From Spirochaetia bacterium (lineage in GTDB: Bacteria; Spirochaetota; Spirochaetia; UBA9216): 64,000 bases of DNA. The stretch covers positions 1,856,001 to 1,920,000 of the forward strand of contig OY776510.1 of assembly GCA_963675665.1 (NCBI GenBank). The letters run 5' to 3'. Position numbers and translations under genes: made by a program. Shown one piece after another: positions 47,074 to 57,558 of this stretch (within the stretch, counting starts at the first letter, position 1; each line of letters begins with the position of its first letter). The notes under the pieces are model-generated. The model did not search any database and had not been told where the DNA came from. It saw nothing but the letters and a program-made list of their open reading frames with translations.

Positions 47074-47808
47074 TTACTTAAACCGTATTGAGTACTCAAT
47101 CGGCTTGTCAAGCAGAAGGACTCTGATCAACGGTGTTTCGAATGTAACCGAATTACCCTTTGCGGTTCCGCCTTTCTGGCTGATAAGTTTACCCTTGATG
47201 TTTATGGTTGTCGTTATTATGGAATTTCTGATGAGATCGCCTCCGCCGTCGCCAAGCGCGTACTCCATCATTTCGAGATATTCGTCCTCGGTTATTCCCT
47301 GGTTTTCAAGCGGTCCGAAAGTCTGAAACAGCGGTTCTTCTACTATAGGGAAAAGCGGTGCAAGGTCGTTGAAGTTGTCGATATCTATATGGATTTTTAT
47401 TTCTTTTTCGGTTCCGTATTCATTAAAAGAAATTATCCGCTTCTGAAGTGTTTTTTCGGTTTCGGTTATAAGCTGCTCGATATTATCAAAGCTCAGTTCG
47501 GCTGTTATTCGCCGGTCGTCCTGGTTTTTGATGGATTTCACCTTAATGCCGGGATTTTCTTCCATGCCTTTTCTTATTTCCTCTACATTGAAAAGCGGGC
47601 TGTCCGCGTTATCGCCGGTAAGTTCGGCAAGACTCTTCAGATAAAAAACAAGAGCATCGTCAAGGACTGTTACAGTAGACGCTGTTCCGGATCCGTCTGA
47701 AGACAGATTCACTTCATTTTTTACCGAACATGAGAATAGAAGGAAAGATGCTAAAAGAAATATACTCACAACAATTAGATTTAAAGTTACGGATTTTAAT
47801 GTTTTCAT
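47074..47808 (-). CDS. Hypothetical lipoprotein
   Basis: Lipobox LLFSC; ATG 47808 lies downstream of TTGATA-17-TAAATT. Confidence 0.75.
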   Translation of the reverse strand: MKTLKSVTLNLIVVSIFLLASFLLFSCSVKNEVNLSSDGSGTASTVTVLDDALVFYLKSLAELTGDNADSPLFNVEEIRKGMEENPGIKVKSIKNQDDRRITAELSFDNIEQLITETEKTLQKRIISFNEYGTEKEIKIHIDIDNFNDLAPLFPIVEEPLFQTFGPLENQGITEDEYLEMMEYALGDGGGDLIRNSIITTTINIKGKLISQKGGTAKGNSVTFETPLIRVLLLDKPIEYSIRFK

Positions 47809-47896
47809 GGTGATTAATTTAATACTTTTAAGTGGTTTTATCAATGTTATAGGAAATAATGGATCCATGAAGAATGGAGTGAATATAAAATCATGA

Positions 47897-47926
47897 TTCC
47901 AGCAGGAGTATAAAACCCTGCTGGAA
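47897..47926 (-). terminator. Hairpin downstream of lsrF
   Basis: ttccagcagg...cctgctggaa. Confidence 0.65.
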
Positions 47927-47943
47927 AATGATAAAACTATTTT

Positions 47944-48825
47944 CTATATTTTTTCTTCAGATTTTATCTGCTGATAAATTTCAAAAGCTTCTTTAGGTTT
48001 GGCGTTTTCGTGAACTACAGCATTTACTGCAGTCATCATGCCTATCGGGGAATCAGACTGGAATATATTTCTGCCCATATCAACACCTGCCGCTCCCTGG
48101 TCTATTGCCCTGTAAGCCATCTCCAGAGCATCCATCTCGGGGCGCTTCTTGCCGCCGGCTATTACTATCGGTACAGGACAGCAGGCCGTGATTGTTTCAA
48201 AGTCCTCATCCGTGTAGTAGGTCTTAATTATATGTGCTCCAAGCTCGGCGCACATTCTTGTGGCAAGCCTGAAATACTTGGGCGTTCGCTCCATCTCTTT
48301 CCCCACGGCAGTTACAGCCATTGTCGGAATTCCGTAGCGTAGCCCGGCATCTACCAGCTTCGTCATGTTAATAACACTTCGTGATTCAAACTCGGCGCCG
48401 ATAAATACCTGTATTGCGGTTCCGCATACCCCAAGTCTCAGGCAGTCTTCCATATCCATTGCTAAATTCTCATTGGATAATTCCTTGAGAATGCTCGGTC
48501 CGCCCGAGGCCCTTATCATTACAGGTTTTGTTACCGACGGTGGTACTATTGAGCGAAGCACGCCGCGGGTGCACATAAGTGTGTCCGCATACTGGACCAG
48601 CGGCATTATATCAATATCAATCCTTTCAAGTCCCGTTGTAGGTCCCTGAAAATATCCGTGGTCTATCGCCAGCATTATGGTTTTTCCGTCTTTCGGATTA
48701 AAAACCCTCGACATCCTGTTTTTCATTCCCCATCCAAGCTCGTTAGAACCCTTTAGAAAAAACAGTTCCGACTTCGCTGGTATGTCGGTATGATATTGTT
48801 TTCCTTCTACATCAGCTTCAGGCAT
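47944..48825 (-). CDS. lsrF: LsrF-type thiolase/class I aldolase
   Basis: [54 protein letters not shown]. Confidence 0.9.
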   Translation of the reverse strand: MPEADVEGKQYHTDIPAKSELFFLKGSNELGWGMKNRMSRVFNPKDGKTIMLAIDHGYFQGPTTGLERIDIDIMPLVQYADTLMCTRGVLRSIVPPSVTKPVMIRASGGPSILKELSNENLAMDMEDCLRLGVCGTAIQVFIGAEFESRSVINMTKLVDAGLRYGIPTMAVTAVGKEMERTPKYFRLATRMCAELGAHIIKTYYTDEDFETITACCPVPIVIAGGKKRPEMDALEMAYRAIDQGAAGVDMGRNIFQSDSPIGMMTAVNAVVHENAKPKEAFEIYQQIKSEEKI

Positions 48826-48876
48826 TTTTTCCTCCTATAGAATTTTAAAAGTAATAATTAGAAATCATGGAGAGTC

Positions 48877-49458
48877 TTAATTATTCTCTTTCTGGTATCC
48901 GTTTTCATCCCGGAAATCATCAAGGGACAACCCTTTCGCTTCAAGTTCGTCAAGCAGGATTTCAAGGCCCCACTTGGCCCCGTCGCCCACAGCCATACAG
49001 CATTTATCATCGTCATGGTGCGCGCCTGCTGCCCTGAATAGTTCTTTTTGATCATCGTCTCTTAAATCAAAAGCTCGTCCGTAAACTTTTTCCTGAACTC
49101 CACGGCACATAGCGCTTCCGTATTTTTCAACGTATTTATCATGTATGGCTTTTGTCATCCTGAATGAAACATATTTATCTTCGCGACCTTTCTCTGTTGC
49201 TTCTTCTGCTCGGGTCCTGCCGAAAAAGGAGGCCATAACCATAGAGGCACCTGTATAGCCACCACAGTTTCCGGTAGTACATTCGCCGCCGCCGCCGGCC
49301 AGGCCGCTTCCGGCTTTATATACCATGTCGTTTTTGATGCCTATAGCGTCGTAGATACCTGCAATAGCACACTGGGCGCATCCCCGATAATCCCTTTCAT
49401 ACTGGAATCCCAGATCGTACGCTTTTTTTAATAATTCTTCTCTTTTTGCTTTATCCAT
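48877..49458 (-). CDS. C_GCAxxG_C_C-family putative redox protein
   Basis: GCAQC, GLAGGG..GNCGGYTG, YGSAMC, KCC. Confidence 0.85.
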   Translation of the reverse strand: MDKAKREELLKKAYDLGFQYERDYRGCAQCAIAGIYDAIGIKNDMVYKAGSGLAGGGGECTTGNCGGYTGASMVMASFFGRTRAEEATEKGREDKYVSFRMTKAIHDKYVEKYGSAMCRGVQEKVYGRAFDLRDDDQKELFRAAGAHHDDDKCCMAVGDGAKWGLEILLDELEAKGLSLDDFRDENGYQKENN

Positions 49459-49589
49459 GAATTATTCTCTCCTGTTATAGTTTTCTGCCTTGATAAGCAG
49501 ATCCTTGAAATAAAGTTTAAAAGCTGTATTTTTGACTTCAGAATAATAAAAATTTATTGAATAAATTCAGTTATTACACCTGTATTTCC

Positions 49590-50357
49590 TTATTTATATG
49601 TCGAGCCTCCGTCGACAATGATGTTCTGACCGCATATGAATCCTGCCTGATCTGAGGCTAGAAAAAGAACTGTATTTGCAATATCTTCGGGTTTCCCAAG
49701 GCGCCCTACCGGCAGCCTGGATAAAAGTTCCTTCTTTTTTTCAGGATCCTTATATCTGGTTTTAAGGATGTCGGTCTCAATGAGAGCGGGAAGAACTGCA
49801 TTGACTGTAATTCCGCTTTGGGCGACTTCTTTCGACAAAAACCTCACGAGTCCGTTTATTCCTGCCTTTGCGGCGGAATAGAAGGGGGCTCCTCCTCCTC
49901 CGGAAATTGATCCGGCAGATCCTATAAAAATTATTCGGCCGGACTTGTTCGGAAGCATAAATTGCAAAGCTGATCTGGCAATAAAAAAAGCGCCGGAAAG
50001 GTTTACATTTATTCCGTTGTTCCATAATTCATCAGTAGTTTCAATGGTCGGGGTCGGTTTTGTAAAACCAGCACAGTTTACTAAGATATCAATTTTTCCG
50101 AAATTCTCTACAGCAGTTTTACATATGGAATCGCAAATACCGCTGTCTGTTATGTCGCCTGCAACGGAAATGCATTCACCTTCGTATTTTGAAAATTCTG
50201 ATTTTAATTTCCTGTATCCGTCTGCGTCTGCCTGTGTATCCAGATGATTTACTACAATTGAAGCTCCGGCTTCGGCAAAAGCAATGCTTGTGGCATAGCC
50301 TATGCCTCTGGTTCCGCCGGTTATGACGATGGATTTTTTATTAAAATCAACCAACAT
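49590..50357 (-). CDS. Short-chain dehydrogenase/reductase
   Basis: TGGTRGIG, NCAG, YSAAK, VDGG; GGAG RBS before ATG 50357. Confidence 0.92.
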   Translation of the reverse strand: MLVDFNKKSIVITGGTRGIGYATSIAFAEAGASIVVNHLDTQADADGYRKLKSEFSKYEGECISVAGDITDSGICDSICKTAVENFGKIDILVNCAGFTKPTPTIETTDELWNNGINVNLSGAFFIARSALQFMLPNKSGRIIFIGSAGSISGGGGAPFYSAAKAGINGLVRFLSKEVAQSGITVNAVLPALIETDILKTRYKDPEKKKELLSRLPVGRLGKPEDIANTVLFLASDQAGFICGQNIIVDGGSTYK

Positions 50358-51147
50358 TTTTTTCTCCAGTTTCGGCAATTATTAATTCAATGCCTAATTT
50401 ATTTATGTGTTCTTTATATTCATTATTTATTCCGCTGTCGGTTATAATAGTATCGAATTGCTCCAAATCGGCGAAAAATGTGTTGTTAATTTTTCCGAAT
50501 TTTGTTGAATCTGAGACAAGGATTGCCTTCTTTGCAGATTTGATCATCGCTTTTTTGATGTCAGCTTCAAAATCAAAGTATGTTGTAAGCCCAAGTTTTG
50601 TATCGATACCGCCGGTTGATATGAAAACCTTATCAGCACGCAGTTCCTTGATTAATTCTATTGAATATTTACTGTGAAATGCATTTGCGTCCCTGTTGTG
50701 ATATCCTCCGGCAAGAATGAGTCTGATGTTTTTTCTTTGATAAAATTCAAATGCATTTTCAAGTGTGTAGCAAAGAACGCTTAGTTTCATATCCATGTCG
50801 ATATTTTTAGCTATATAGGGGGTCGTCGAGCCGGAATCCAGAAAAATAATATCATCCTGATCTATCATTGAAGCACTTATTTTTCCTATTGCACTTTTTT
50901 CAGAGGAATTTTTTTCGATTTGTTCTCTGATTATGTAAGGATTATTAATTAAGTTATCCTGATCTTTTAATATTGCCCCGCCGTGAATTCTTTTTACTAC
51001 ATCTTCCTGTTCAAGCTCTGTTAAATCACGTCTGATAGTCATTGGCGAAACATCTATCAATTCTGCTATTTCATTAACTTCCATTTCTTTATTTTCTGAA
51101 AGAAGATTGATTATTTTATTGAGACGTTGTTTTTTTTCCTTTCCCAT
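50347..51147 (-). CDS. DeoR/GlpR-family regulator
   Basis: VSPMTIRRDL, RIHGGA, LDSGSTT, DSTKF. Confidence 0.95.
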   Translation of the reverse strand: MGKEKKQRLNKIINLLSENKEMEVNEIAELIDVSPMTIRRDLTELEQEDVVKRIHGGAILKDQDNLINNPYIIREQIEKNSSEKSAIGKISASMIDQDDIIFLDSGSTTPYIAKNIDMDMKLSVLCYTLENAFEFYQRKNIRLILAGGYHNRDANAFHSKYSIELIKELRADKVFISTGGIDTKLGLTTYFDFEADIKKAMIKSAKKAILVSDSTKFGKINNTFFADLEQFDTIITDSGINNEYKEHINKLGIELIIAETGEKNVG

Positions 51148-51356
51148 ATCTTATCCTGTATTTAATGAACAAAAAACTGTTAATTTACTGTAAGGATATA
51201 CATAAAACAAACGTTATGTCAACTAAAAAATGGTATAAGAATAATACAATGATAATTTCTTGATCGAAATAAGTTCGTATGAACAAAATTTGCTTGACAA
51301 AAAAAAGATTATGGGATTATTGTTATAGCTATATGTAAGACATTTAAGGAAATCAG

Positions 51357-52847
51357 ATGAGTTCACTAGTTAGGGTTGAAGGTATAAGCAAATTTTATAC
51401 CGGGGTTAATGCACTCGATAATGTAGGTTTTGAAATTAAAAAAGGTGAAGTTCATGCTCTGGTAGGAGAGAACGGGGCTGGGAAATCCACACTCATTAAG
51501 ATTTTGTCAGGTGTTATACAGCCAAATTGCGGAAACATATATGTAGAAGATAAGCCTCATGTATTTAATCATCCGCTGGAAGCTATGCGTAATGGAATAG
51601 CAGTAACATATCAGGATCTGAGTCTTTTCTGGAATCTTACCGTTGCAGAAAATATTGCTATTTCAAGCGTAATCGAAGAAGGTAAAAGAATAATAGACTG
51701 GCCGGGGATTCGAAAGCAGGCCCGAAATGCACTTGACCAGCTTGGTGTAGCTTTGGATTTGGACATGCGTTTGCAATATCTCTCGATAGGAAACCAGAAT
51801 CTTGTTGCCATAGCGCGCGCCATAGTACATTCGGCCAAGGTCCTTATCCTCGATGAACCGACCGCATCATTATCAAATGAAGAAGTAAAAGCCCTTTTCA
51901 GAATAATTGAAATGCTTAAAAAGAAGGGCATGGGGATTTTGTTTGTAAGTCATCGCCTGGGCGAAGTATTTGAAATCTCCGACAGAACGACTGTTTTCAG
52001 AGACGGGAAATTCATTAATACTTTTAATACATCAGAACTGTCAGAAGAAGAGCTTATAGCAGCAATGGTCGGAAGGAAAATACATTTTCTCCAGTATGCT
52101 TTCAGGGAGGGCGGAGAGGACCTTCTGAAAGTGGAAAAATTAACAAAGGAAAATAATTATAAAGACATATCCTTTAAATTAAAAAGAGGAGAGATTTTAG
52201 GGTTTACCGGATTAGTGGGAGCAGGAAGAACCGAGATGGCATTGTCCATTTTTGGGGCTACATCTCCAGATGCCGGTGAGATATTTCTAAATGGTAAAAA
52301 ACTTTCAATGAAATCTACTGAAGACGCAATGAAAAACGGAATTGCTTATATTCCCGAATCACGTCATACACATGGATTGGTTGTAGGTAAAACTTTAACA
52401 GAGAACATTACTACTACAGTACTGAAACGAATTACAAATAAATTGAATATTATTAACAGAAAAGTTCAGGATGATATCGCAAAAAAATGGATTGATAAAT
52501 TAAATATCAGACCGGCGTATCCGAAAATGCTGATTGATCAGTTTTCAGGAGGGAATCAACAGAAGGCTGTTATTGCAAAATGGCTGGCATATAATCCAAC
52601 ACTGCTGATTGTAGACGAACCGACTCATGGTATTGATGTCGGAGCTAAAAGCGAAATTCATAAACTGTTGAGAGAGCTTGCAGCAAACGGAATGGGCATA
52701 ATAGTCATTTCTTCTGATCTTCCGGAGGTTTTAGCTATCTCGGATCGAATTATGGTAATGCGTCGAGGAAGACTGGTCGGAGAATTTAAAAGTACTGAGG
52801 CTGACCAGGAAAAGATTATGAATATTGCTTTGAAAGGGAAAAAATAA
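51357..52847 (+). CDS. Sugar ABC transporter ATP-binding protein (CUT2)
   Basis: GENGAGKST, LDEPT, FSGGNQQK, DEPTHGIDVGAK. Confidence 0.95.
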   Translation: MSSLVRVEGISKFYTGVNALDNVGFEIKKGEVHALVGENGAGKSTLIKILSGVIQPNCGNIYVEDKPHVFNHPLEAMRNGIAVTYQDLSLFWNLTVAENIAISSVIEEGKRIIDWPGIRKQARNALDQLGVALDLDMRLQYLSIGNQNLVAIARAIVHSAKVLILDEPTASLSNEEVKALFRIIEMLKKKGMGILFVSHRLGEVFEISDRTTVFRDGKFINTFNTSELSEEELIAAMVGRKIHFLQYAFREGGEDLLKVEKLTKENNYKDISFKLKRGEILGFTGLVGAGRTEMALSIFGATSPDAGEIFLNGKKLSMKSTEDAMKNGIAYIPESRHTHGLVVGKTLTENITTTVLKRITNKLNIINRKVQDDIAKKWIDKLNIRPAYPKMLIDQFSGGNQQKAVIAKWLAYNPTLLIVDEPTHGIDVGAKSEIHKLLRELAANGMGIIVISSDLPEVLAISDRIMVMRRGRLVGEFKSTEADQEKIMNIALKGKK

Positions 52848-53827
52848 TGACGGTAAAAAATATTTTGAAGAAAAAGGAAACGAATCTGATCTTTGTAATT
52901 TTGTTTCTTGTTATTCTGATTTCTTCAGTAAACAGAACATTTTTAACTTTTCAGAATATAACGGATATTCTTCGCAGTTATGCTGTATACGGGACTGTGG
53001 CTCTTGGAATGCTTTTAGTTATTATTACAGGCGGTATAGATGTTTCGGTAGGTTCAATGGCTGCTGCCATCACAGTGGTTGTCGGCAATTTTATGGTTCA
53101 TATCGGCGGTAATGTATTTATTGTTGTTATTGTAAGCTGCGTAACCGGAATTGTTTTCAGTTTGATCAATGGCTTTCTCATAGCAAAGCTGAATATACCG
53201 GCTATCGTTGTTACACTCGGAACATTAAGTATTTTCAGGGGAGTCGAATTGTTCATTACAGGAGGTTCCTGGATAACTGCCATTCCGCAGTGGTTTATCA
53301 ACTTCGGAAAAATCAAGATTGCCGGTATTCCCGTTCAGATATTCTTCTGGATACTCGCAGGATTAATAACATTTTTCGTATTAAATTATACTCGTTTCGG
53401 ACGGGGAGTTTATGCTTATGGCGGAAATCCCGAAGCTGCGACGCGGGTTGGTTTTTCAAACACCAGGACCATCCTGCTTGTGTGGACATTTCTCGGGTTT
53501 ATGGTCGGCCTTGCAAGTTTTATGCATCTCTCAATTGTCAGGCATGTTGATCCCAATGCTTTCTCATCTTTTGAATTAACAGTAATCGCGGCATGTGTTC
53601 TTGGCGGGGCCAATATTATGGGCGGAGAAGGCTCCGTAGTCGGTTCTTTTCTGGGAGTAATTCTCCTTGCCGTTGTGGAAAACGGTTTAATCCTGACGCA
53701 TATTTCACCTTACTGGCACAAGGTAATTGTCGGTGCTGTTGTATTAACTGCAGTAACAACAGATGTAATACAGATAAAACGACGCGAGCATCGAATGGCT
53801 AAAATCGATGTGGATGAAAATTATTAA
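52847..53827 (+). CDS. Sugar ABC transporter permease
   Basis: ITGGIDVSVG, GRGVYAYGGN, ELTVIAACVLGG. Confidence 0.93.
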   Translation: MTVKNILKKKETNLIFVILFLVILISSVNRTFLTFQNITDILRSYAVYGTVALGMLLVIITGGIDVSVGSMAAAITVVVGNFMVHIGGNVFIVVIVSCVTGIVFSLINGFLIAKLNIPAIVVTLGTLSIFRGVELFITGGSWITAIPQWFINFGKIKIAGIPVQIFFWILAGLITFFVLNYTRFGRGVYAYGGNPEAATRVGFSNTRTILLVWTFLGFMVGLASFMHLSIVRHVDPNAFSSFELTVIAACVLGGANIMGGEGSVVGSFLGVILLAVVENGLILTHISPYWHKVIVGAVVLTAVTTDVIQIKRREHRMAKIDVDENY

Positions 53828-53848
53828 TATCAATAGGAATTGTGAAAT

Positions 53849-54829
53849 ATGAAATATGAAAAGATATTAGTTATTATTTTTGCTGTTATTTTTGCTTTTT
53901 TTGCGATTGTCTGTCCGTCTAAATTCCTGAATCCTTTTAATTTGCAAACAATGCTTTTTCAGTTGCCTGAATTTACAATATTAACATTCGGTATGATGGT
54001 TTGCATTCTTACAGGGGGGATAAATCTGTCGATTTCGGCTGTTACGGCTTTAAGCGGTATCATTGCGGCAATTGTTCTGACGGGTTTTAGTGAGTCAATC
54101 CTGAATCCCAACCTTTTGATTCTTCTGGCAGTTGTTTTCGGACTGGTACTTGCAGTAATGACAGGACTTCTTAACGGGTTTTTTGTCGCTATTCTGGGAG
54201 TAACCCCTATTCTTGTTACCATAGGTTCACAAGCTGTGCTGGAGGGCATCGGTTATATTCTGACAAAAGGCGGGTCTGTTTCAGGATTTCCGTTTGAATT
54301 CTTTTTTGTTGGAGGGGCAACCGTTCTCGGAGTTCCGGTTCCTTTGTACATTTTGATAGCAATCAGCGGTTTAATGTATTTTCTGCTTCACCGCACCCCA
54401 TGGGGCAGTAATGTATTTTTTATAGGCAGCAACATAAAGGCTGCGGAGTATTCTGGAATTCCGGTAAAGCGCGTGTTGATGCAGGTATATATTTTGTCTT
54501 CATGTCTTGCGGGTGTTGCCGCAATAATAATGATATCCAGATATAATTCGGGAAAGGTTACATTGGGCTCTTCGTATTTATTACAGACTGTTGCTGCAGC
54601 TGTATTGGGGGGGACAAGTATCAGCGGCGGTAAGGGAAATGTTATTGGGGTAATTCTTGCAACCGCTATTCTTCAGATCGTATCAACCGGCATGAATTTA
54701 CTCGGTATCAACAGATTCATTATAACGGTAACAATGGGGTTAATTCTCATATTAACACTTACTATCAATTTTATTTTCACTACCGAGAAAATCAAGAGCA
54801 TCAGATTTTTTAAAGAAAAAGTCAGTTAA
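53849..54829 (+). CDS. Sugar ABC transporter permease
   Basis: LTGGINLS, IGSNIKAAEYSGI, AAVLGGTSISGG. Confidence 0.93.
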   Translation: MKYEKILVIIFAVIFAFFAIVCPSKFLNPFNLQTMLFQLPEFTILTFGMMVCILTGGINLSISAVTALSGIIAAIVLTGFSESILNPNLLILLAVVFGLVLAVMTGLLNGFFVAILGVTPILVTIGSQAVLEGIGYILTKGGSVSGFPFEFFFVGGATVLGVPVPLYILIAISGLMYFLLHRTPWGSNVFFIGSNIKAAEYSGIPVKRVLMQVYILSSCLAGVAAIIMISRYNSGKVTLGSSYLLQTVAAAVLGGTSISGGKGNVIGVILATAILQIVSTGMNLLGINRFIITVTMGLILILTLTINFIFTTEKIKSIRFFKEKVS

Positions 54830-54884
54830 TTTTTATTGAATATATCGGCTGTTATAAGCTGATAAAAAAACGTGGAGGTTTTTT

Positions 54885-55883
54885 ATGAAAAAACTATTTT
54901 TACTCTCAATGGTGGTTCTTCTGTGTGCGGCAGGCGCATTTGCCGGCGGCCAGCAGGAAGGAAGCGATGATGTTCCGTCTGTTCTGATAATGCCTAAACT
55001 TATCGGAATCCCCTATTTTAATGCCTCTGAAAAGGGTGCTTTGCAGGCAGGTGAAGACTTGGGAATTAAGGTCATCTACAATGGTCCGACTGAAACTGAT
55101 GCGGCGGCGCAGGTCAAGATGATTGAAGATTATATTTCTCAGGGGGTCGACGCGATAGCTGTTGCTCCAAACGATCCTGCAGCTTTAACGCCGGTTTTGA
55201 TGAAAGCCAAGCAGCAGGGTGTATTTGTGCTTGACTGGGACACCCCCGCGGATAAATCCGTTGTAGATCTTTCTGTTCATCAGATTGACGATCAGTTATA
55301 CGGAGAACATTTCTGGGATTTACTGGTTAAACATATGGGTACTGATGATGCTGATTATGCTATTCTTACAGGCGGTCTGTCTGCTGAAAACCTGAACAGC
55401 TGGATTGACTACGGAATTGATTATGCAAAGACAAAATATCCGAAACTTAATCTGGTATCGGAAAGAATACCTACCGACGAAAAGCAGGAGGAAGCTTACA
55501 ACAAGGCTCTTAACCTGCTTAAGGCGTATCCGTCTGTTCAGGGTCTGGTATGCATGAGTTCTCCCTGTCCCATAGGCGCCGGCCAGGCGGTTGAAGAATT
55601 GGGCCTTATCGGTAAAGTGGCTGTTGTAGGTACCGGCCTTCCTACTGATAGTTGTTCCGGTCTGAAGGCAGGAGCAATTTCCGAGGTTTCACTATGGGAC
55701 CCGGCTGTTCTGGGCTACCTTGCAGTATATATGGCGAATGAATTGATCCAGGGAAATAAAATTGTTGACGGTATGGATGTTCCGAATGTAGGGAAAATTG
55801 AGCTTAAGTCGGACGGTAAAACCGTTATAATGGGCCCCCCGTCTGATTTCAATTCAGGCAACTGTGATCAGTATGATTTCTAA
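54885..55883 (+). CDS. Sugar ABC substrate-binding protein, LsrB/RhaS-like
   Basis: PKLIGIPYF, VAPNDP, LWDP; spirochaete-type FAGGQQE N-terminus. Confidence 0.88.
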   Translation: MKKLFLLSMVVLLCAAGAFAGGQQEGSDDVPSVLIMPKLIGIPYFNASEKGALQAGEDLGIKVIYNGPTETDAAAQVKMIEDYISQGVDAIAVAPNDPAALTPVLMKAKQQGVFVLDWDTPADKSVVDLSVHQIDDQLYGEHFWDLLVKHMGTDDADYAILTGGLSAENLNSWIDYGIDYAKTKYPKLNLVSERIPTDEKQEEAYNKALNLLKAYPSVQGLVCMSSPCPIGAGQAVEELGLIGKVAVVGTGLPTDSCSGLKAGAISEVSLWDPAVLGYLAVYMANELIQGNKIVDGMDVPNVGKIELKSDGKTVIMGPPSDFNSGNCDQYDF

Positions 55884-55918
55884 ATTTACACAAATATTTA
55901 TATAAAGTTTTATTATAA

Positions 55919-55952
55919 CCAAAGAGCTTTCTTATATAAGGAAGCTCTTTGG
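55919..55952 (+). terminator. Stem-loop after the SBP gene (stabiliser or attenuator)
   Basis: ccaaagagctttc-ttatataa-ggaagctctttgg. Confidence 0.65.
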
Positions 55953-55983
55953 CAGTAAAAATATTACAGCGGCAGGAAGGCAG

Positions 55984-57453
55984 ATGAATACTTTTGATAT
56001 ATGCGCGGTTGACTTGGGAAATACTTCAGGAAGGGTGATGAAGGCTCTTTTTGACGGGAAAAGGCTGGAACTAACGGAAGTAAATCGATTCTGTAATAAT
56101 ACCATCCCGATGCATAAGTATATAAAAGTGGATTTTCTGCATTTACTAAATGAAACTATATGCGGAATTGTAAAATCCGGGGAAGTCGCATCAATAGGTA
56201 TTGATTCATGGGCGATAGACTTTGGTCTGCTTGATAAAGATGATGATCTTATATTGACGCCTCATCACCACAGGGATCCCAGAACTCTGGAAATGCTGGA
56301 ATTATTCAAAGAGAAATCTAAACAGCTGAAATGGTATTCATCAACCGGTGTTACCTTTCAGGCAATTAATACATCCCTTCAGCTTTATTCCATGGTAAAG
56401 GACAACCGGGATGTTTTAAATCACGCACAATCATTTTTAATGATTCCGGATCTGCTGATCTTTTTTCTTACTGGGAATAAAGCCAATGAAGCTACAAATG
56501 CCTCGAATACACAGCTGATCTCTCTTGTAAGCCAGAACTGGGATTGGGATATCATTAATGAAATAGGTGTTCCTTCAAGTATATTTAAAGAGATTGTAAA
56601 ACCGAAAACAATGATGGGCAAAATATGCTCAACATTAAAGGAATACTATAATTATACTTATGATCCTGCAGTAATAACTGTAGGCAGTCATGATACGGCA
56701 AGTGCTGTACATGCTACGCCTTTAGCGGATGAAAATTGTGTTTTTATTTCAAGTGGAACATGGTCGCTGATAGGCACAGTTATAGAAGAGCCGATAGTCA
56801 GTTTAGATGCTATGAACAGGGGATACAATAATGAACGGGCTACGGACGGACGCATACGGTTTATCAAGAATACTACCGGCATGTGGATTGTTGAAGAGAT
56901 TCTGCGTGTATGGGAATTACAGGACGGTTTTAAAACCTCTTACCAGGATATTATTGAAGCTGTTGCCAACGCTAAGCCATTTAAAGTGATTATTGATCCC
57001 GATTTACAGAGATTTTATAACCCTCAGAATATGGTTGATGAAGTATTGTCTTATATTGAAGAAACAAATCAGGAAAAAGTGAACGGCAGAGGTGAAATCC
57101 TCAGGGCTGTTTTTGAAGGATTGGCATGTTCATACAGAGAAGCTTTTACCGATCTTTGCGATATTACAGGAAGAAAATATTCCTGTATAAATATCGTGGG
57201 AGGCGGGGCCAGGAATGTTCTAATAAATCAATTCACTGCCAATATCTGCAATGTTCCGGTTATTGCCGGACCTGCTGAAGCGACTACAATAGGAAATGTT
57301 TTATCACAATTGGAGTATCATGGCGAGATTAAGGGTGAAGAAGAAAGGTTTGATTTGTTATATAATTCCTTTGATATCAGAAAATTTAAACCGTATCAGA
57401 CAGAATGCTGGAATGAATATTATAATAAATATCTGAATCTTAAAAAAATCTGA
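55984..57453 (+). CDS. Rhamnulokinase-like FGGY carbohydrate kinase
   Basis: DLGNTSGR, GIDSWAIDF, SHDTASAV, ISSGTWSL, VGGG, GPAEAT. Confidence 0.9.
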   Translation: MNTFDICAVDLGNTSGRVMKALFDGKRLELTEVNRFCNNTIPMHKYIKVDFLHLLNETICGIVKSGEVASIGIDSWAIDFGLLDKDDDLILTPHHHRDPRTLEMLELFKEKSKQLKWYSSTGVTFQAINTSLQLYSMVKDNRDVLNHAQSFLMIPDLLIFFLTGNKANEATNASNTQLISLVSQNWDWDIINEIGVPSSIFKEIVKPKTMMGKICSTLKEYYNYTYDPAVITVGSHDTASAVHATPLADENCVFISSGTWSLIGTVIEEPIVSLDAMNRGYNNERATDGRIRFIKNTTGMWIVEEILRVWELQDGFKTSYQDIIEAVANAKPFKVIIDPDLQRFYNPQNMVDEVLSYIEETNQEKVNGRGEILRAVFEGLACSYREAFTDLCDITGRKYSCINIVGGGARNVLINQFTANICNVPVIAGPAEATTIGNVLSQLEYHGEIKGEEERFDLLYNSFDIRKFKPYQTECWNEYYNKYLNLKKI

Positions 57454-57558
57454 TTATTATTCTGTACAGCAAGCTCCCTTTACAAAGTTCCTGAATTGAA
57501 CATATAATCACAGGACATCAGTTCACGCGGAGGCTTAGCTTCCGTAACCGGAGGTTTT

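Noticed and set aside
51357-57453. Canonical lsr or rha operon gene symbols
   Set aside because: LsrK, LsrG, LsrR, RhaA and RhaD are absent, and the substrate cannot be fixed from sequence.
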